A stretch of DNA of 64,000 bases from a virus. Location: IMG/VR virus record IMGVR_UViG_3300036985_002246, positions 64,001 to 128,000 of that record, one strand, 5' to 3'. The notes beneath the pieces were generated by a model, which worked only from the letters and a program-made list of their open reading frames with translations, did no database searches and was not told the origin of the DNA. Made by a program: the position numbers and the translations under genes. This document shows, in pieces, positions 33,384-42,746 of the stretch (its first letter is position 1; the number at the start of each line of letters is the position of its first letter).

Positions 33384-34496
33384 ATGTCCTTTCGCGTCCG
33401 AGTCAGGGATTTCCAGTCGATCGAGGACGCCACCATTGAGGTAGACGGCCTCACGGTGATCACTGGTCCGAACAACTCCGGTAAGACAGCCCTCATGCGG
33501 GCTGTCTCCGGGGCGTTCACCAATGCGCGTGGGACCAAGTTCGTTCGTCACGGGAAGGATAGCGCGAAGGTCGAGCTATCCTTCTCTGACGGGCGGACCC
33601 TTCTCTGGGAGAAGGGTGAGAAGGTCAACCGCTACGAACTCGACGGCAAGGCCCTCAATCGGGTTGGGCACGGTGCCCCGCCCGAGACGGCCACGCTCGG
33701 GATACTGCCGGTCGAGGCCGCAGGTCGGGAGCTTTGGCCGCAGTTCGCCCACCAGTTCGTCGGCCAGGTGTTCCTCCTCGACGAGCCCGGCTCTGTCCTC
33801 GCAGAGGCCGTCGCCAACGTGGACAAGGTGGGCGTCCTGAACGAGTCCCTGCGGCTCTCCCAATCTGACCGCAGGGGTGCTGCCTCTGAACTCAAGGTCC
33901 GCGTCGAGGACGTGGCCAAGCATGAGGCGGCGCTCCTCCTGTTCGACGGGCTCGACGTGGCGGTGGCTCAGGTCAAGAAGGCTGAGAAGCTGCGCGTCGA
34001 GGTCGCTGACCAGGGGAAGTCGCTCGACCAGGTGCGGGGCCTCCAATCTCGGCTGAGCACTGCGGTTGGGACCGTGAAGTCCCTCGCCCCGGTCAGGACT
34101 CTCCCGACCGTGGACAGTGCTTTGGTCGAGAAGGTGAAGAAGATCCAGTCCGCCCTCGACTGGTCAGTCCAGACCTCTGCCCGGCTGGTTCAAGCCAAGG
34201 CTGACCATGATCGGGCGCTCGACGCCGCCCAGTCTGTTCGAGACTGGGTGCTTCCTGACACCCAGCCGGTCCAGGACGCCCTCCACAGCCTGGAAGCCGC
34301 ACGCCGCAGCCTGGAGGCTGCCCGAGCCCTCACCGGTCGCCTGACCGCCCTGGAGGGCACGGTAACTGGGCTAAGAGCCACCCTGAGTGGAGTGGAGTCC
34401 GCATACGAGGCGGCGGCGTCCGACGTACAGGTCCTTTTCGAGGAGGCAGGCTCCTGCCCCTTCTGTGGAGTCGAGCATGAAGCAAGCTCTTGCTAG
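33384..34496 (+). CDS. sbcC: SbcC/Rad50-like ATPase, N-terminal half
   Basis: DFQSI, ITGPNNSGKT Walker A, Q-loop region, coiled coil, ends at a CPFCG zinc hook. Confidence 0.8.
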   Translation: MSFRVRVRDFQSIEDATIEVDGLTVITGPNNSGKTALMRAVSGAFTNARGTKFVRHGKDSAKVELSFSDGRTLLWEKGEKVNRYELDGKALNRVGHGAPPETATLGILPVEAAGRELWPQFAHQFVGQVFLLDEPGSVLAEAVANVDKVGVLNESLRLSQSDRRGAASELKVRVEDVAKHEAALLLFDGLDVAVAQVKKAEKLRVEVADQGKSLDQVRGLQSRLSTAVGTVKSLAPVRTLPTVDSALVEKVKKIQSALDWSVQTSARLVQAKADHDRALDAAQSVRDWVLPDTQPVQDALHSLEAARRSLEAARALTGRLTALEGTVTGLRATLSGVESAYEAAASDVQVLFEEAGSCPFCGVEHEASSC

Positions 34497-34722
34497 TCTG
34501 GTCCTGGCCCTCTGCATGAGTGGCTGCCCGCACCTCCCGCCCCCGAGCGGGTGTGCTCCCCGGTCCTCAATGTGCCAGGACGACCGGCCTTTCGTCTGCT
34601 CTGGAACGCAGCGGTGGACCCAGGTCGGCGACTCAACCTGTGCAGAGGTGGGTGGTGTCTGCTGCATGACGGCAGACGCGATCCACGCCTGCGTGCCCCA
34701 AACCGCCTGCACGGGGGAGTGA
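34477..34722 (+). CDS. small Cys-rich lipoprotein
   Basis: MKQ plus hydrophobic stretch plus lipobox-like CMSG-C; many further Cys. Confidence 0.6.
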   Translation: MKQALASLVLALCMSGCPHLPPPSGCAPRSSMCQDDRPFVCSGTQRWTQVGDSTCAEVGGVCCMTADAIHACVPQTACTGE

Positions 34723-34725
34723 CCC

Positions 34726-35328
34726 ATGACCGATCTCAAGACCGTGGCTGAGGACTTCTCGGTGTTCATGTGCTCGCACTTCGGAGCGACGGTCCTCCAC
34801 AAGGAGGACGCCGCCGAAATGAAGGCGATTGCCTGGGGCATGGACCTCGGTCGAGGCTTCGGGGCGACGGGGCTCGCGTCGGGCGCGAGCTTCATGTCCA
34901 ACTACACGACGACGCTCGGCACGAACGTCTATATGCCGAAGTCGCACCGGGAGGACCCCTTCAACTTCCTCACGATCCTCACCCACGAGTGCCAGCACGT
35001 CCTTCAGTTCAAGGAGTCTGGGGTCGAGTTCGCATGGCTCTACCTTGAGGAGCCTGAGGCTCGGGCCAGGTACGAGGCGGACGCCTACGCGGCAGGGCTC
35101 GCGCTCTGGAAGTGGCTGCGTGGCAGCCTGCCCGCAGACCCGGTCTCAGGGATCGTGGAGGGTCTGGTGAGGGGCTACAGCCTCCGCCAGGCAGACGCCG
35201 AACTCGCGGAGGATATGCTGAAGTCCCACTTCGTATCCCTGAAGAACGACATGGTCATGTCGAAGTCTGCACGCGAGGCGATCAAGTTCCTCGACGCGAA
35301 CTACCCGGAGCTTCGCGGGACGCTCTGA
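34726..35328 (+). CDS. HExxH metallopeptidase-like protein
   Basis: LTHECQHV..EADAY zincin-like motifs. Confidence 0.55.
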   Translation: MTDLKTVAEDFSVFMCSHFGATVLHKEDAAEMKAIAWGMDLGRGFGATGLASGASFMSNYTTTLGTNVYMPKSHREDPFNFLTILTHECQHVLQFKESGVEFAWLYLEEPEARARYEADAYAAGLALWKWLRGSLPADPVSGIVEGLVRGYSLRQADAELAEDMLKSHFVSLKNDMVMSKSAREAIKFLDANYPELRGTL

Positions 35329-35345
35329 CGGCGTAGCGTCCGCTC

Positions 35346-36309
35346 ATGAGCGACGAGTACACCTCGATCGACGACCTCCTGGCCCTCGAAGAGGGGGGCC
35401 GCACCCTCGACAAGAAGTCCCCGTACCAGAAGTCTGGTACGGGTCAGAACTCCTCGCTCAAAGCGATCCAAGCGGTCGAGGCCGAAATGGGCGAGAACCA
35501 TGTCCTCGACCGGTTTGGGTTCGTTCCGAAGTCGCTCCTCCGGTTTGAGAGGAGCCGGGAAATGCTCGAAGCGGTGAGTGACACCTCGAAGGTCAGGGGC
35601 CTTCTTCAGGGGCAGGGGTACGCCACCAATCTCCGCTTCTCAATCTACAACGTGGACGCGGCCAGGTTCTTCCTCGACTACTACCTGCCCCCGAGAGCAC
35701 TGGTGCTGGACCCGTTCATGGGTCGCTTCACGCGGGCGTTGTCCTCGCACTTGCTGGACATGACCTACGTTGGATTCGACACCTGTTCCGAGACAGTCGA
35801 GTTGAATCGCGAGTCACTCCTGCGGCACTTCAATCTGCCGGACCTCCCAGAGGGCTGGGAGTTGAACCACGGGGACGGGGTGGCACTCGCCCCCTACGCA
35901 GATCATGAGAGCGTGTTCGACGGGGTGTTCACCTGTCCCCCCCTACTACTCCACGGAGCAGTACAGCGGTGAGGCGGGCGACCTGTCCCACATGAAGGAG
36001 TCTGAGTTCAACGCGCAGATCGAGGTCCTGTTCAGGAACCTGTACCGGCTCGTGAAGCCCTCAGGCAAGCTCCGCCCCGACCTCCACCCAGTCGTCGTCA
36101 CAGTGGGCACCTTTCGGCAGGGAGAGCGGGGTCTGTTGGACATGGACTACCTCTTCCAACGGTGCGCCTACGACGCCGGGTTCGTCCTGCACGACAAGGT
36201 GGTCACGGAGAACTTCCCTCCGGGGGCTGGGTTCACGTTCCGCAGGAACTTCGGATTGGGGTTCGTGTGCAAGGCCCACGAGACCACCCTGGTCTTCCTC
36301 AAGCGGTGA
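35346..36309 (+). pseudogene. DNA methyltransferase split by a +1 frameshift in a C7 run
   Basis: VLDPFMG in the first ORF; FTCPP/PPYY motif split at 35937-35943 between ORFs 35346..35972 and 35905..36309. Confidence 0.75.
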
Positions 36310-36351
36310 AAGACCTGCTCGGCTTCGAGGGGTAGGGCGTAAAGTCCAGCC

Positions 36352-37323
36352 ATGACTGTCTCGCTCCTCTGGCGCACGGACGTACACCTGTCAGACCAAA
36401 CGCCCCGGTCTCGCAAGGACGATTGGACCGCGACCGTTCTGGGCAAGCTCGCTCAGATTGGTGACCTCGCCCGCAAGCTCAAGGTGGACGGCGTTCTGGA
36501 CGGCGGGGACTTCTTCGACCTGAAGAGCCCGACCCGGAACTCCCACGCGCTCATTCAGAGGGTGCTCTCGGTACACCGTGGCTACCCGTGCCCGGTCTAC
36601 GGGAACGTCGGGAACCACGACTGCGTCTACGGGGACTACTCGTTCCTGCCCCAGCAGCCGCTCGGGGTGCTCTACGAGTCGGGTGCCTTCCGGCGCTGCT
36701 ACGACGAGCACGAGGCGGTCTTCACCTCGAAGGGGGAGACAGTGAGGGTCGTGGGTGTGCCCTACCACGGGACCAAGTACGACCTCGACCGGTTCACTCG
36801 GATCAAGAAGGGCAGCGAGGACCACCTCGTGGTGGTCGCCCATGTGTTGGCGTCGCCGACCGGGGGCACGCTGTTCGAGTCGGAGGACGTGCTCAAGTAC
36901 GCCGACCTCGACACCTTCGACGGGGACGTATTCTGCTTCGGTCACTGGCACAAGGACCAGGGGATCACCGAGACTCCTGGGGGCAAGACGATCGTGAACG
37001 TCGGCTCCCTCACGCGGGGTTCGCTCTCGCAGGACGACCTCGACCGAGTCCCCTCAGCGGTGCTCCTCAAGTTCGACAAGGCGAAGGTCTCCGCCGAGAA
37101 GATCCCCCTCAGCTACACTGTGGCGTCGGAGGTGTTCGACCTGGAGTCGAGGGACACGGCGAAGTTGCGTGAGGGCATGATCGAGGAGTTCGTCGGGAAC
37201 ATTCAGACGATCCTCACCGCCAAGTCGAACCGCTCGATCCGCGACGCGATCCGCGACCTGCCCAACGTCCCCGACGAGGTGAAAGAGCAGACGCTCCTCT
37301 ATGTGGAGAAGGCGGGAGGGTAG
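36352..37323 (+). CDS. sbcD: SbcD/Mre11-like metallophosphoesterase nuclease
   Basis: TDVHL, GGDFFD, GNHD, VAH, FGHWH, NVGS. Confidence 0.85.
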   Translation: MTVSLLWRTDVHLSDQTPRSRKDDWTATVLGKLAQIGDLARKLKVDGVLDGGDFFDLKSPTRNSHALIQRVLSVHRGYPCPVYGNVGNHDCVYGDYSFLPQQPLGVLYESGAFRRCYDEHEAVFTSKGETVRVVGVPYHGTKYDLDRFTRIKKGSEDHLVVVAHVLASPTGGTLFESEDVLKYADLDTFDGDVFCFGHWHKDQGITETPGGKTIVNVGSLTRGSLSQDDLDRVPSAVLLKFDKAKVSAEKIPLSYTVASEVFDLESRDTAKLREGMIEEFVGNIQTILTAKSNRSIRDAIRDLPNVPDEVKEQTLLYVEKAGG

Positions 37324-37330
37324 GGTCAGC

Positions 37331-38323
37331 ATGGCGCGTGACCCGTCCCTCTGGTGGTCAAATTTGGCGGACTACGAGGAGTGCCCTCAGAAGCTCCTGT
37401 GGAAGCGCGGCCACGGCACGATCGACCTTGGGCGAGGCCCTGGACGTGGGAAGCTCCTGCCTGACACGAAGAAGTCCGCCCACCACGCAGTCATGGGCAA
37501 CGTGCTCTCGGCGGCGATCGAGGCGCTCTACAACGAGGAGTTGTGGCGTGACCCGGCCAATCTCTCGGCTCGGCTGGAGGAACTCACCCGCAAGGAGTTC
37601 AACCTTCAGATCCTGAAGAACCATATCGTCTGGTCCGAGACTCCCGACAGGCCCAAGTGGGACGAGGCAGCCCCGCGTGAGGTGCTGCTCAAGACCTGCC
37701 TGGACGGGATCCTGAACTACCTCAAGACCATGAAGCGGAACCGGCTGCTCGGCCCCTACGCCAAGTCTGAGGTCAATATTTTCGCCCGCGTGGGGGACAC
37801 ACCGATTGCAGGGCGACCTGACCTGATCATTCGTCGAGAGTCACCCAAGCTCTCAATCCTCGACGGGAAGAACTCCTCGACGCCGGGCAAGTACACCAAC
37901 CCGGACCAGCTACGCTGGTACGCGCTCTGCTACTTCCTGGCGCACGGGGAAATGCCTGACCGGCTGGCGTTCGTGTACTTCCGGTTCCCTGAGGGCTGCC
38001 CGCCCAAGGACTACGACGGCGACCCGGAGACGTGGACCGGCCTCGTGGAGGTCTCCTGCACCAAGGGGGACCTCAAGGACCTCTCCCACCGGGCGGTCGA
38101 GACGCACCAGGCGATCACGAAGGAACTCTTCGACCCAACCCCGAGCACGAAGTCCTGCCAGTTCTGCGACTTCCAGGAGGTTTGCCCCGCTCGCATTGAG
38201 CAGAAGGCGGCGAACATTCGCAAGAAGCCGCCGAAGTCGGAGGCAGAGGTGGCGCTCGACTCCTCTACGGGGATCATGGATCTCGGGTTCTTTGGGGGTC
38301 CAGAAGTGGACTCCAAGCCGTAA
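37331..38323 (+). CDS. PD-(D/E)XK RecB/Cas4-like nuclease
   Basis: YEECP, GRPDLII..ILDGKNS, QLRWYA, C-terminal CQFCDFQEVC. Confidence 0.8.
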   Translation: MARDPSLWWSNLADYEECPQKLLWKRGHGTIDLGRGPGRGKLLPDTKKSAHHAVMGNVLSAAIEALYNEELWRDPANLSARLEELTRKEFNLQILKNHIVWSETPDRPKWDEAAPREVLLKTCLDGILNYLKTMKRNRLLGPYAKSEVNIFARVGDTPIAGRPDLIIRRESPKLSILDGKNSSTPGKYTNPDQLRWYALCYFLAHGEMPDRLAFVYFRFPEGCPPKDYDGDPETWTGLVEVSCTKGDLKDLSHRAVETHQAITKELFDPTPSTKSCQFCDFQEVCPARIEQKAANIRKKPPKSEAEVALDSSTGIMDLGFFGGPEVDSKP

Positions 38324-38336
38324 AGTGAGCCGAGTC

Positions 38337-41315
38337 ATGGCTGCCCCCTGGATTCTCCACCACGAAGACTGCCTCAAGACCATGGCTGCCATGGAGGCTG
38401 ACTCTGTGGATTCCGTCGTCTGTGACCCGCCCTACGGCCTGGAGTTCATGGGCAAGGATTGGGACCACGGTGTCCCCGGTGTCGAGTTCTGGATCGAGGC
38501 GCTGCGCGTCGCGAAGCCTGGGGCCTACCTACTCGCGTTCGGCGGGACACGAATGTACCACCGGCTCGCGGTCGCGATCGAAGATGCGGGGTGGGAGATC
38601 CGCGACGCAATCTCGTGGCTCTACGGCTGCTTGAGCGAGGACACAGAGGTCCTCATCAACGGGGCGTGGGTCCACTACCGTAGCGCCATTGAAGGAAGTC
38701 TCGCATTGTGCTACGACGCGGAGAATGACACGTTCTCGCAGCAGCCAGTCGAGCAGCTTTTCGTCTACGACTACGACGACACAGCCTACCGAATCGAGTC
38801 AGATCGCACCGATCAAGTCGTCAGCCGAAATCACCGCTGCATCGTCTGGCGTGACGGACGCTGGGGGTTCGTCCTCGCAGAAGAGGTGGCACGGGAACAG
38901 GAAGCGAGAGTACCCGTTCTCGAAGCCGTGTCAGACGTGCTCGACGCCCTTTCTCTGCTTCAACCGAACGCAGGCAGTTCGCAACCGGCTCTGCGCCGGG
39001 TGTCTGACGAAGGTTCACCGGGGTCCGCGCAAGAAGCCGGTGGCGCTTCGGGAGGGCATGACCGAGATCGCGTGCTCTGTCTGCGGCAAGAGGGTGTGGA
39101 AGCCGCGATCAGCCTTGAAGGTGGTGAAGCTGCCCTCGTGCTCCCGGCGGTGCAACGGGAAGCTGCGCGGGGCGGAGTGGGCGAAGCACGGGCACAAGGG
39201 CTCGGCAGCGGTGAGCCCGGAGGGCCGAGCGTCTGCTGTTGCAAAGATGACCGGCCCGCTCAATCCAGCGTGGAAGGGCGGGGTCACAATCTTCAGGAAG
39301 CACGGGAGCTACAAGGGGGTGCGATACGTTCGGTGCCCGCTGGATTTCCTTCCAATGGCGCGGAAGGACGGCTATGTGATGGAGCACCGTCTGATCGTGG
39401 CGAAGGTGCTGGGTCGCCGTCTCCTTCGGACGGAGACGGTGCATCACGAGGATCACGACCCGACGAACAATGCTCTGTGCAACCTGTCGCTGTTCAAGTC
39501 GAATCGGGACCACAAGTTGTACGAGCATCACGGTTCACCACTTCCGATCTGGCGAGGATCACCCCCCTCCACCTGACCGGGAAGGTGTGGTGCGTGAAGG
39601 TGCCGACCGGAGCTTTCGTCGCTCGTCGTAACGGCAAGGTGTTCGTCACAGGCAACTCAGGCTTCCCGAAGTCGCTCGACGTGAGCAAGGCAATCGACAA
39701 GGCGGCTGGTGCAGAGCGGGAAGTGGTAGGCCAATACAATTTGCCGTCCGATAGTACATCAGGGCATGCCGGAAAGCCTATCCATTCACATGTTGCGGGG
39801 TCTTTTCCACTTGCTCCTACTCCAAACGGAAGAGATATTACAGCCCCCGCCACCGACGCCGCTCGTCAGTGGTCCGGCTGGGGCACCGCGCTCAAGCCCG
39901 CGTGGGAGCCGATCATCGTCGCACGCAAGCCCCTGGGTACACCTGGAACAAACGTCGTGGCCGTGGTAGAATCTGCTCTGAGACGGCAGGGCGTCGTAGG
40001 GGAGATCCTGTGGAAGCCAGACGATGCAAAGGCTGCGGAGAAGTCAAGGAGCACAAGGACTTCGTACTCAACCGAACAGCAGAAAACGGCGGTAACATCT
40101 GCCGCAAATGCCGTCGAGAGAGGGACGCAAAGCACCGATCCGCTAACCGCGACCTCTACAGAGAACGGTGGAATCAGTGGTCCGCCGCGAACCCAGGCAG
40201 GTCCAGAGAACTCGCTCGCGCAAGCGAACGAAAACTACGCAACGAAGTGCTCGACGCCTACGGAGGCGCGTGTGCTTGCTGTGGGGAGCAAGAACGGGAC
40301 TTCCTCACCCTCGACCACATCAACGGCGGGGGTACAGCGCACCGGAGAGCTACACACGGAAAGGTCTACGGGGCCGTCCGAAGAGCAGGATTTCCTCCCG
40401 ACTATCGAATCCTTTGCTGGAATTGCAACTGGGCTTACCGGCTCTATGGCTCATGTCCACATCAAACGAGACAGTGATGGCTTCTTCGTATGGCCTGCGG
40501 GGCTACCCAGGAGCGCAGCAGGGGGCTCGCTAACCGTCGCGGCGAACGTCCTGAAGCATGGCACGGGTGGGATCAATATCGACGGGTGCCGGATCGAAAC
40601 AGCAGACAAACTTCTCATCCATACTCGGGGTGATTCTGGCAAGCGGGATACACGTCTGACCTACTCAGGAGGTGATTTCCCTCTTATTATGGAGCGCAAG
40701 GCCACTGCTGGTCAGGCTTTGGGACGCTGGCCCGCGAACGTGATCCTCGACGAAGAGGCCGCTGCGCTACTGGACGAGCAGACGGGCACGCTCGCGAGTG
40801 GGAAGGCGGCGCGGGGGGGACACCGACGCAAGGATTCGATGGGTGCGACCGGAGGGGCTGCTCTTGGCGGAAACGCCGATGGTTCCCTCCGAGCGGACGA
40901 GAACGCAGGCACGCTGTACGGGGACTCCGGCGGTGCTTCGAGGTTCTTCTACACCGCCAAAGCGAGCCGCTCCGAGCGCACGCACGGCGGGGAAGTGGTC
41001 AATCTGCACCCCACGGTCAAGCCAATCTCCCTCATGCGCTACCTCGTGAGGTTGGTGACGCCTCCCGGCGGCGTGGTGCTCGACCCGTTCTGCGGTTCTG
41101 GCTCAACGGGCGTTGGGGCAATCCTGGAGGGTTTCAACTTCGTGGGTTGTGAGAGGGAACTGGCGTCGGTCGAGACTTCCAGAGCCAGGTTTGAACTCGC
41201 AGTTCTCGTCTCTGTCGGTGGTGTGAAGAACCCCTGGGTGGACGACCTAGAGGTGCCCCCTGACGAGGTTGAGCCCCCGGCTGTCTCCTCAATCGAAGAC
41301 CTGTTCGGCTTTTGA
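38337..41315 (+). CDS. beta-class DNA methyltransferase with an intein and a second in-frame insertion
   Basis: VCDPPYG motif IV and LDPFCGSGSTG motif I; WLYG|SGFPKS split by the intein; ARKPL|TVAANVL split by ~197 codons. Confidence 0.9.
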   Translation: MAAPWILHHEDCLKTMAAMEADSVDSVVCDPPYGLEFMGKDWDHGVPGVEFWIEALRVAKPGAYLLAFGGTRMYHRLAVAIEDAGWEIRDAISWLYGCLSEDTEVLINGAWVHYRSAIEGSLALCYDAENDTFSQQPVEQLFVYDYDDTAYRIESDRTDQVVSRNHRCIVWRDGRWGFVLAEEVAREQEARVPVLEAVSDVLDALSLLQPNAGSSQPALRRVSDEGSPGSAQEAGGASGGHDRDRVLCLRQEGVEAAISLEGGEAALVLPAVQREAARGGVGEARAQGLGSGEPGGPSVCCCKDDRPAQSSVEGRGHNLQEARELQGGAIRSVPAGFPSNGAEGRLCDGAPSDRGEGAGSPSPSDGDGASRGSRPDEQCSVQPVAVQVESGPQVVRASRFTTSDLARITPLHLTGKVWCVKVPTGAFVARRNGKVFVTGNSGFPKSLDVSKAIDKAAGAEREVVGQYNLPSDSTSGHAGKPIHSHVAGSFPLAPTPNGRDITAPATDAARQWSGWGTALKPAWEPIIVARKPLGTPGTNVVAVVESALRRQGVVGEILWKPDDAKAAEKSRSTRTSYSTEQQKTAVTSAANAVERGTQSTDPLTATSTENGGISGPPRTQAGPENSLAQANENYATKCSTPTEARVLAVGSKNGTSSPSTTSTAGVQRTGELHTERSTGPSEEQDFLPTIESFAGIATGLTGSMAHVHIKRDSDGFFVWPAGLPRSAAGGSLTVAANVLKHGTGGINIDGCRIETADKLLIHTRGDSGKRDTRLTYSGGDFPLIMERKATAGQALGRWPANVILDEEAAALLDEQTGTLASGKAARGGHRRKDSMGATGGAALGGNADGSLRADENAGTLYGDSGGASRFFYTAKASRSERTHGGEVVNLHPTVKPISLMRYLVRLVTPPGGVVLDPFCGSGSTGVGAILEGFNFVGCERELASVETSRARFELAVLVSVGGVKNPWVDDLEVPPDEVEPPAVSSIEDLFGF
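38628..39656 (+). mobile_element. intein (343 aa) in the methyltransferase
   Basis: starts CLSEDTEVL, block B SRNHR, block F VWCVKVP, ends VTGN followed by Ser+1. Confidence 0.9.
38851..39576 (+). CDS. HNH endonuclease encoded out of frame inside the intein (start uncertain)
   Basis: CQTC, CSVCG, CSRRC, NPAWKGG, DGYVMEHRLIV..ETVHHEDHDPTNNALCNL in a different frame from the intein. Confidence 0.8.
   Translation: MTDAGGSSSQKRWHGNRKREYPFSKPCQTCSTPFLCFNRTQAVRNRLCAGCLTKVHRGPRKKPVALREGMTEIACSVCGKRVWKPRSALKVVKLPSCSRRCNGKLRGAEWAKHGHKGSAAVSPEGRASAVAKMTGPLNPAWKGGVTIFRKHGSYKGVRYVRCPLDFLPMARKDGYVMEHRLIVAKVLGRRLLRTETVHHEDHDPTNNALCNLSLFKSNRDHKLYEHHGSPLPIWRGSPPST
40010..40477 (+). CDS. HNH endonuclease encoded out of frame inside the methyltransferase insertion
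   Basis: GGGGAG SD plus GTG; CKGC/CRKC, YGGACACCGE..FLTLDHINGGG..ILCWNCN. Confidence 0.85.
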   Translation: MEARRCKGCGEVKEHKDFVLNRTAENGGNICRKCRRERDAKHRSANRDLYRERWNQWSAANPGRSRELARASERKLRNEVLDAYGGACACCGEQERDFLTLDHINGGGTAHRRATHGKVYGAVRRAGFPPDYRILCWNCNWAYRLYGSCPHQTRQ

Positions 41316-41329
41316 GCGTAAGGAGTACC

Positions 41330-41593
41330 GTGGACGTGAAAGCTCGGATCGAAGCTGCAATCAAGCGGCGGGACGACCTCCGCTCTCAGAAGGAGCGGAC
41401 ATTGGGCCGCCTCGAAGAGGCAGAGAAGAATCTCGAAGCTCTCCGCGCCGAGTGCCGGGCGAAGAACCTCGACCCGGACGGTTTGGCCGACACCGTGGCC
41501 AAGCTGGAAAAGGGGCTCCAGACCTCAATCTCGGACCTGGAGACGCAGATCTCCGAGGCCGAGAGTGCCCTCAAACCCTATCTGCAACCGTGA
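41330..41593 (+). CDS. small coiled-coil protein
   Basis: TAAGGAG SD plus GTG; heptad pattern throughout. Confidence 0.75.
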   Translation: MDVKARIEAAIKRRDDLRSQKERTLGRLEEAEKNLEALRAECRAKNLDPDGLADTVAKLEKGLQTSISDLETQISEAESALKPYLQP

Positions 41594-41603
41594 GAGAGCC
41601 CGC

Positions 41604-42746
41604 ATGATCTTCAGCGTATCCAAGCGTGACCTGGAAGCCGCCCTCAAGGTGGTCAGCCACACCGTCTCCATGGGCGGCAGCGACATTTCCGCCCACTACC
41701 TCTTCCGGCAGACCCAGGCTGGGTCGAAGACCCTGGAGGTGCTTGCCTACAACGGGCGGGTGTTCGCGTCCTGCCCGGTGGTCGCCTCCTTCGAGGAGGA
41801 GGGCAAGTCCTTCACGGTCGAGGCGAAGCGGGTCCACTACCTGCTCGGTGCCGTGCCCGACGACGCTGTGCTCAAGGTGTCGAGCACGGGCGCGGGCGAG
41901 GCCACGATCAGCACCGGCAGGGGCAAGAACGTCTTCGCCAGTCTCGACCCCGACCTCTTTCCCTACTGGGACGAGCTTCTCGCGAACTCGACGGGGACGG
42001 CGGTGCTCCCGGCGGACCGGCTGCACGCTGCGCTCTCGCACGCCAAGTCGTTCATTTACGACCAGGAGGCGAAGGCCCCTCACCTCTGCGTGGCGGAGTT
42101 CCGCAAGGGCTGCCTCTACTCGACCGACCAAATGGCCGTGTCGATCGTCAAGGTGGACGGCATGGAGGGGGCTGCGATCCGCATTCTCGGCAAGGACGTG
42201 GGTGCCGTGACCTCCTTCCTGTCCTCCTTCAAGGAGGACCTCGTGGAGGTCTGGGAGTCCGACCGTGCCATGTTCCTCAAGCGTGGGGACGGGGCGGTGT
42301 TCGGCGAGAGCAAGTTCGCCAGCCGCTTCCCCGACATTGCCGTGGACTGGTCGATCGAGGACGACCACTGGATCGACCTCCCACGGGTGGAGATCGCCAA
42401 CGCGGTGAAGTTCCTCGCCTCTGGTGCTCGGTGGGAGGACACGCTGCTGCGAATGATCGTGGGGGACGGGTCCGTGACGCTCTCCATGATCGCGGCCAAC
42501 GGGAAGCCGATCACCCTCGACGTGAAGGCGGTGGCTCAGGGGACTCGGGACGGCGACGTGCCTGCCCTTCCGAAGGAGGGGTTCCCGATCTCCAACGCCT
42601 ACGTCTCGAACCTCCTGGCGAACTTCTCGGGTGAGACGGTCCGCTTCGGGATCTCGAAGAAGGGCAAGGGCGGTTGGGTCCGTGTGAAGGACGAGCGGGG
42701 TAAGGACACCTACCTCACGACCGTCGCATGGCTGAAGACCGCCTAA
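41604..42746 (+). CDS. dnaN: DNA polymerase III beta sliding clamp
   Basis: ~380 aa, three-domain pattern, DPDLFPYW, STDQ, SRFPD, NAYVSNLL. Confidence 0.8.
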   Translation: MIFSVSKRDLEAALKVVSHTVSMGGSDISAHYLFRQTQAGSKTLEVLAYNGRVFASCPVVASFEEEGKSFTVEAKRVHYLLGAVPDDAVLKVSSTGAGEATISTGRGKNVFASLDPDLFPYWDELLANSTGTAVLPADRLHAALSHAKSFIYDQEAKAPHLCVAEFRKGCLYSTDQMAVSIVKVDGMEGAAIRILGKDVGAVTSFLSSFKEDLVEVWESDRAMFLKRGDGAVFGESKFASRFPDIAVDWSIEDDHWIDLPRVEIANAVKFLASGARWEDTLLRMIVGDGSVTLSMIAANGKPITLDVKAVAQGTRDGDVPALPKEGFPISNAYVSNLLANFSGETVRFGISKKGKGGWVRVKDERGKDTYLTTVAWLKTA

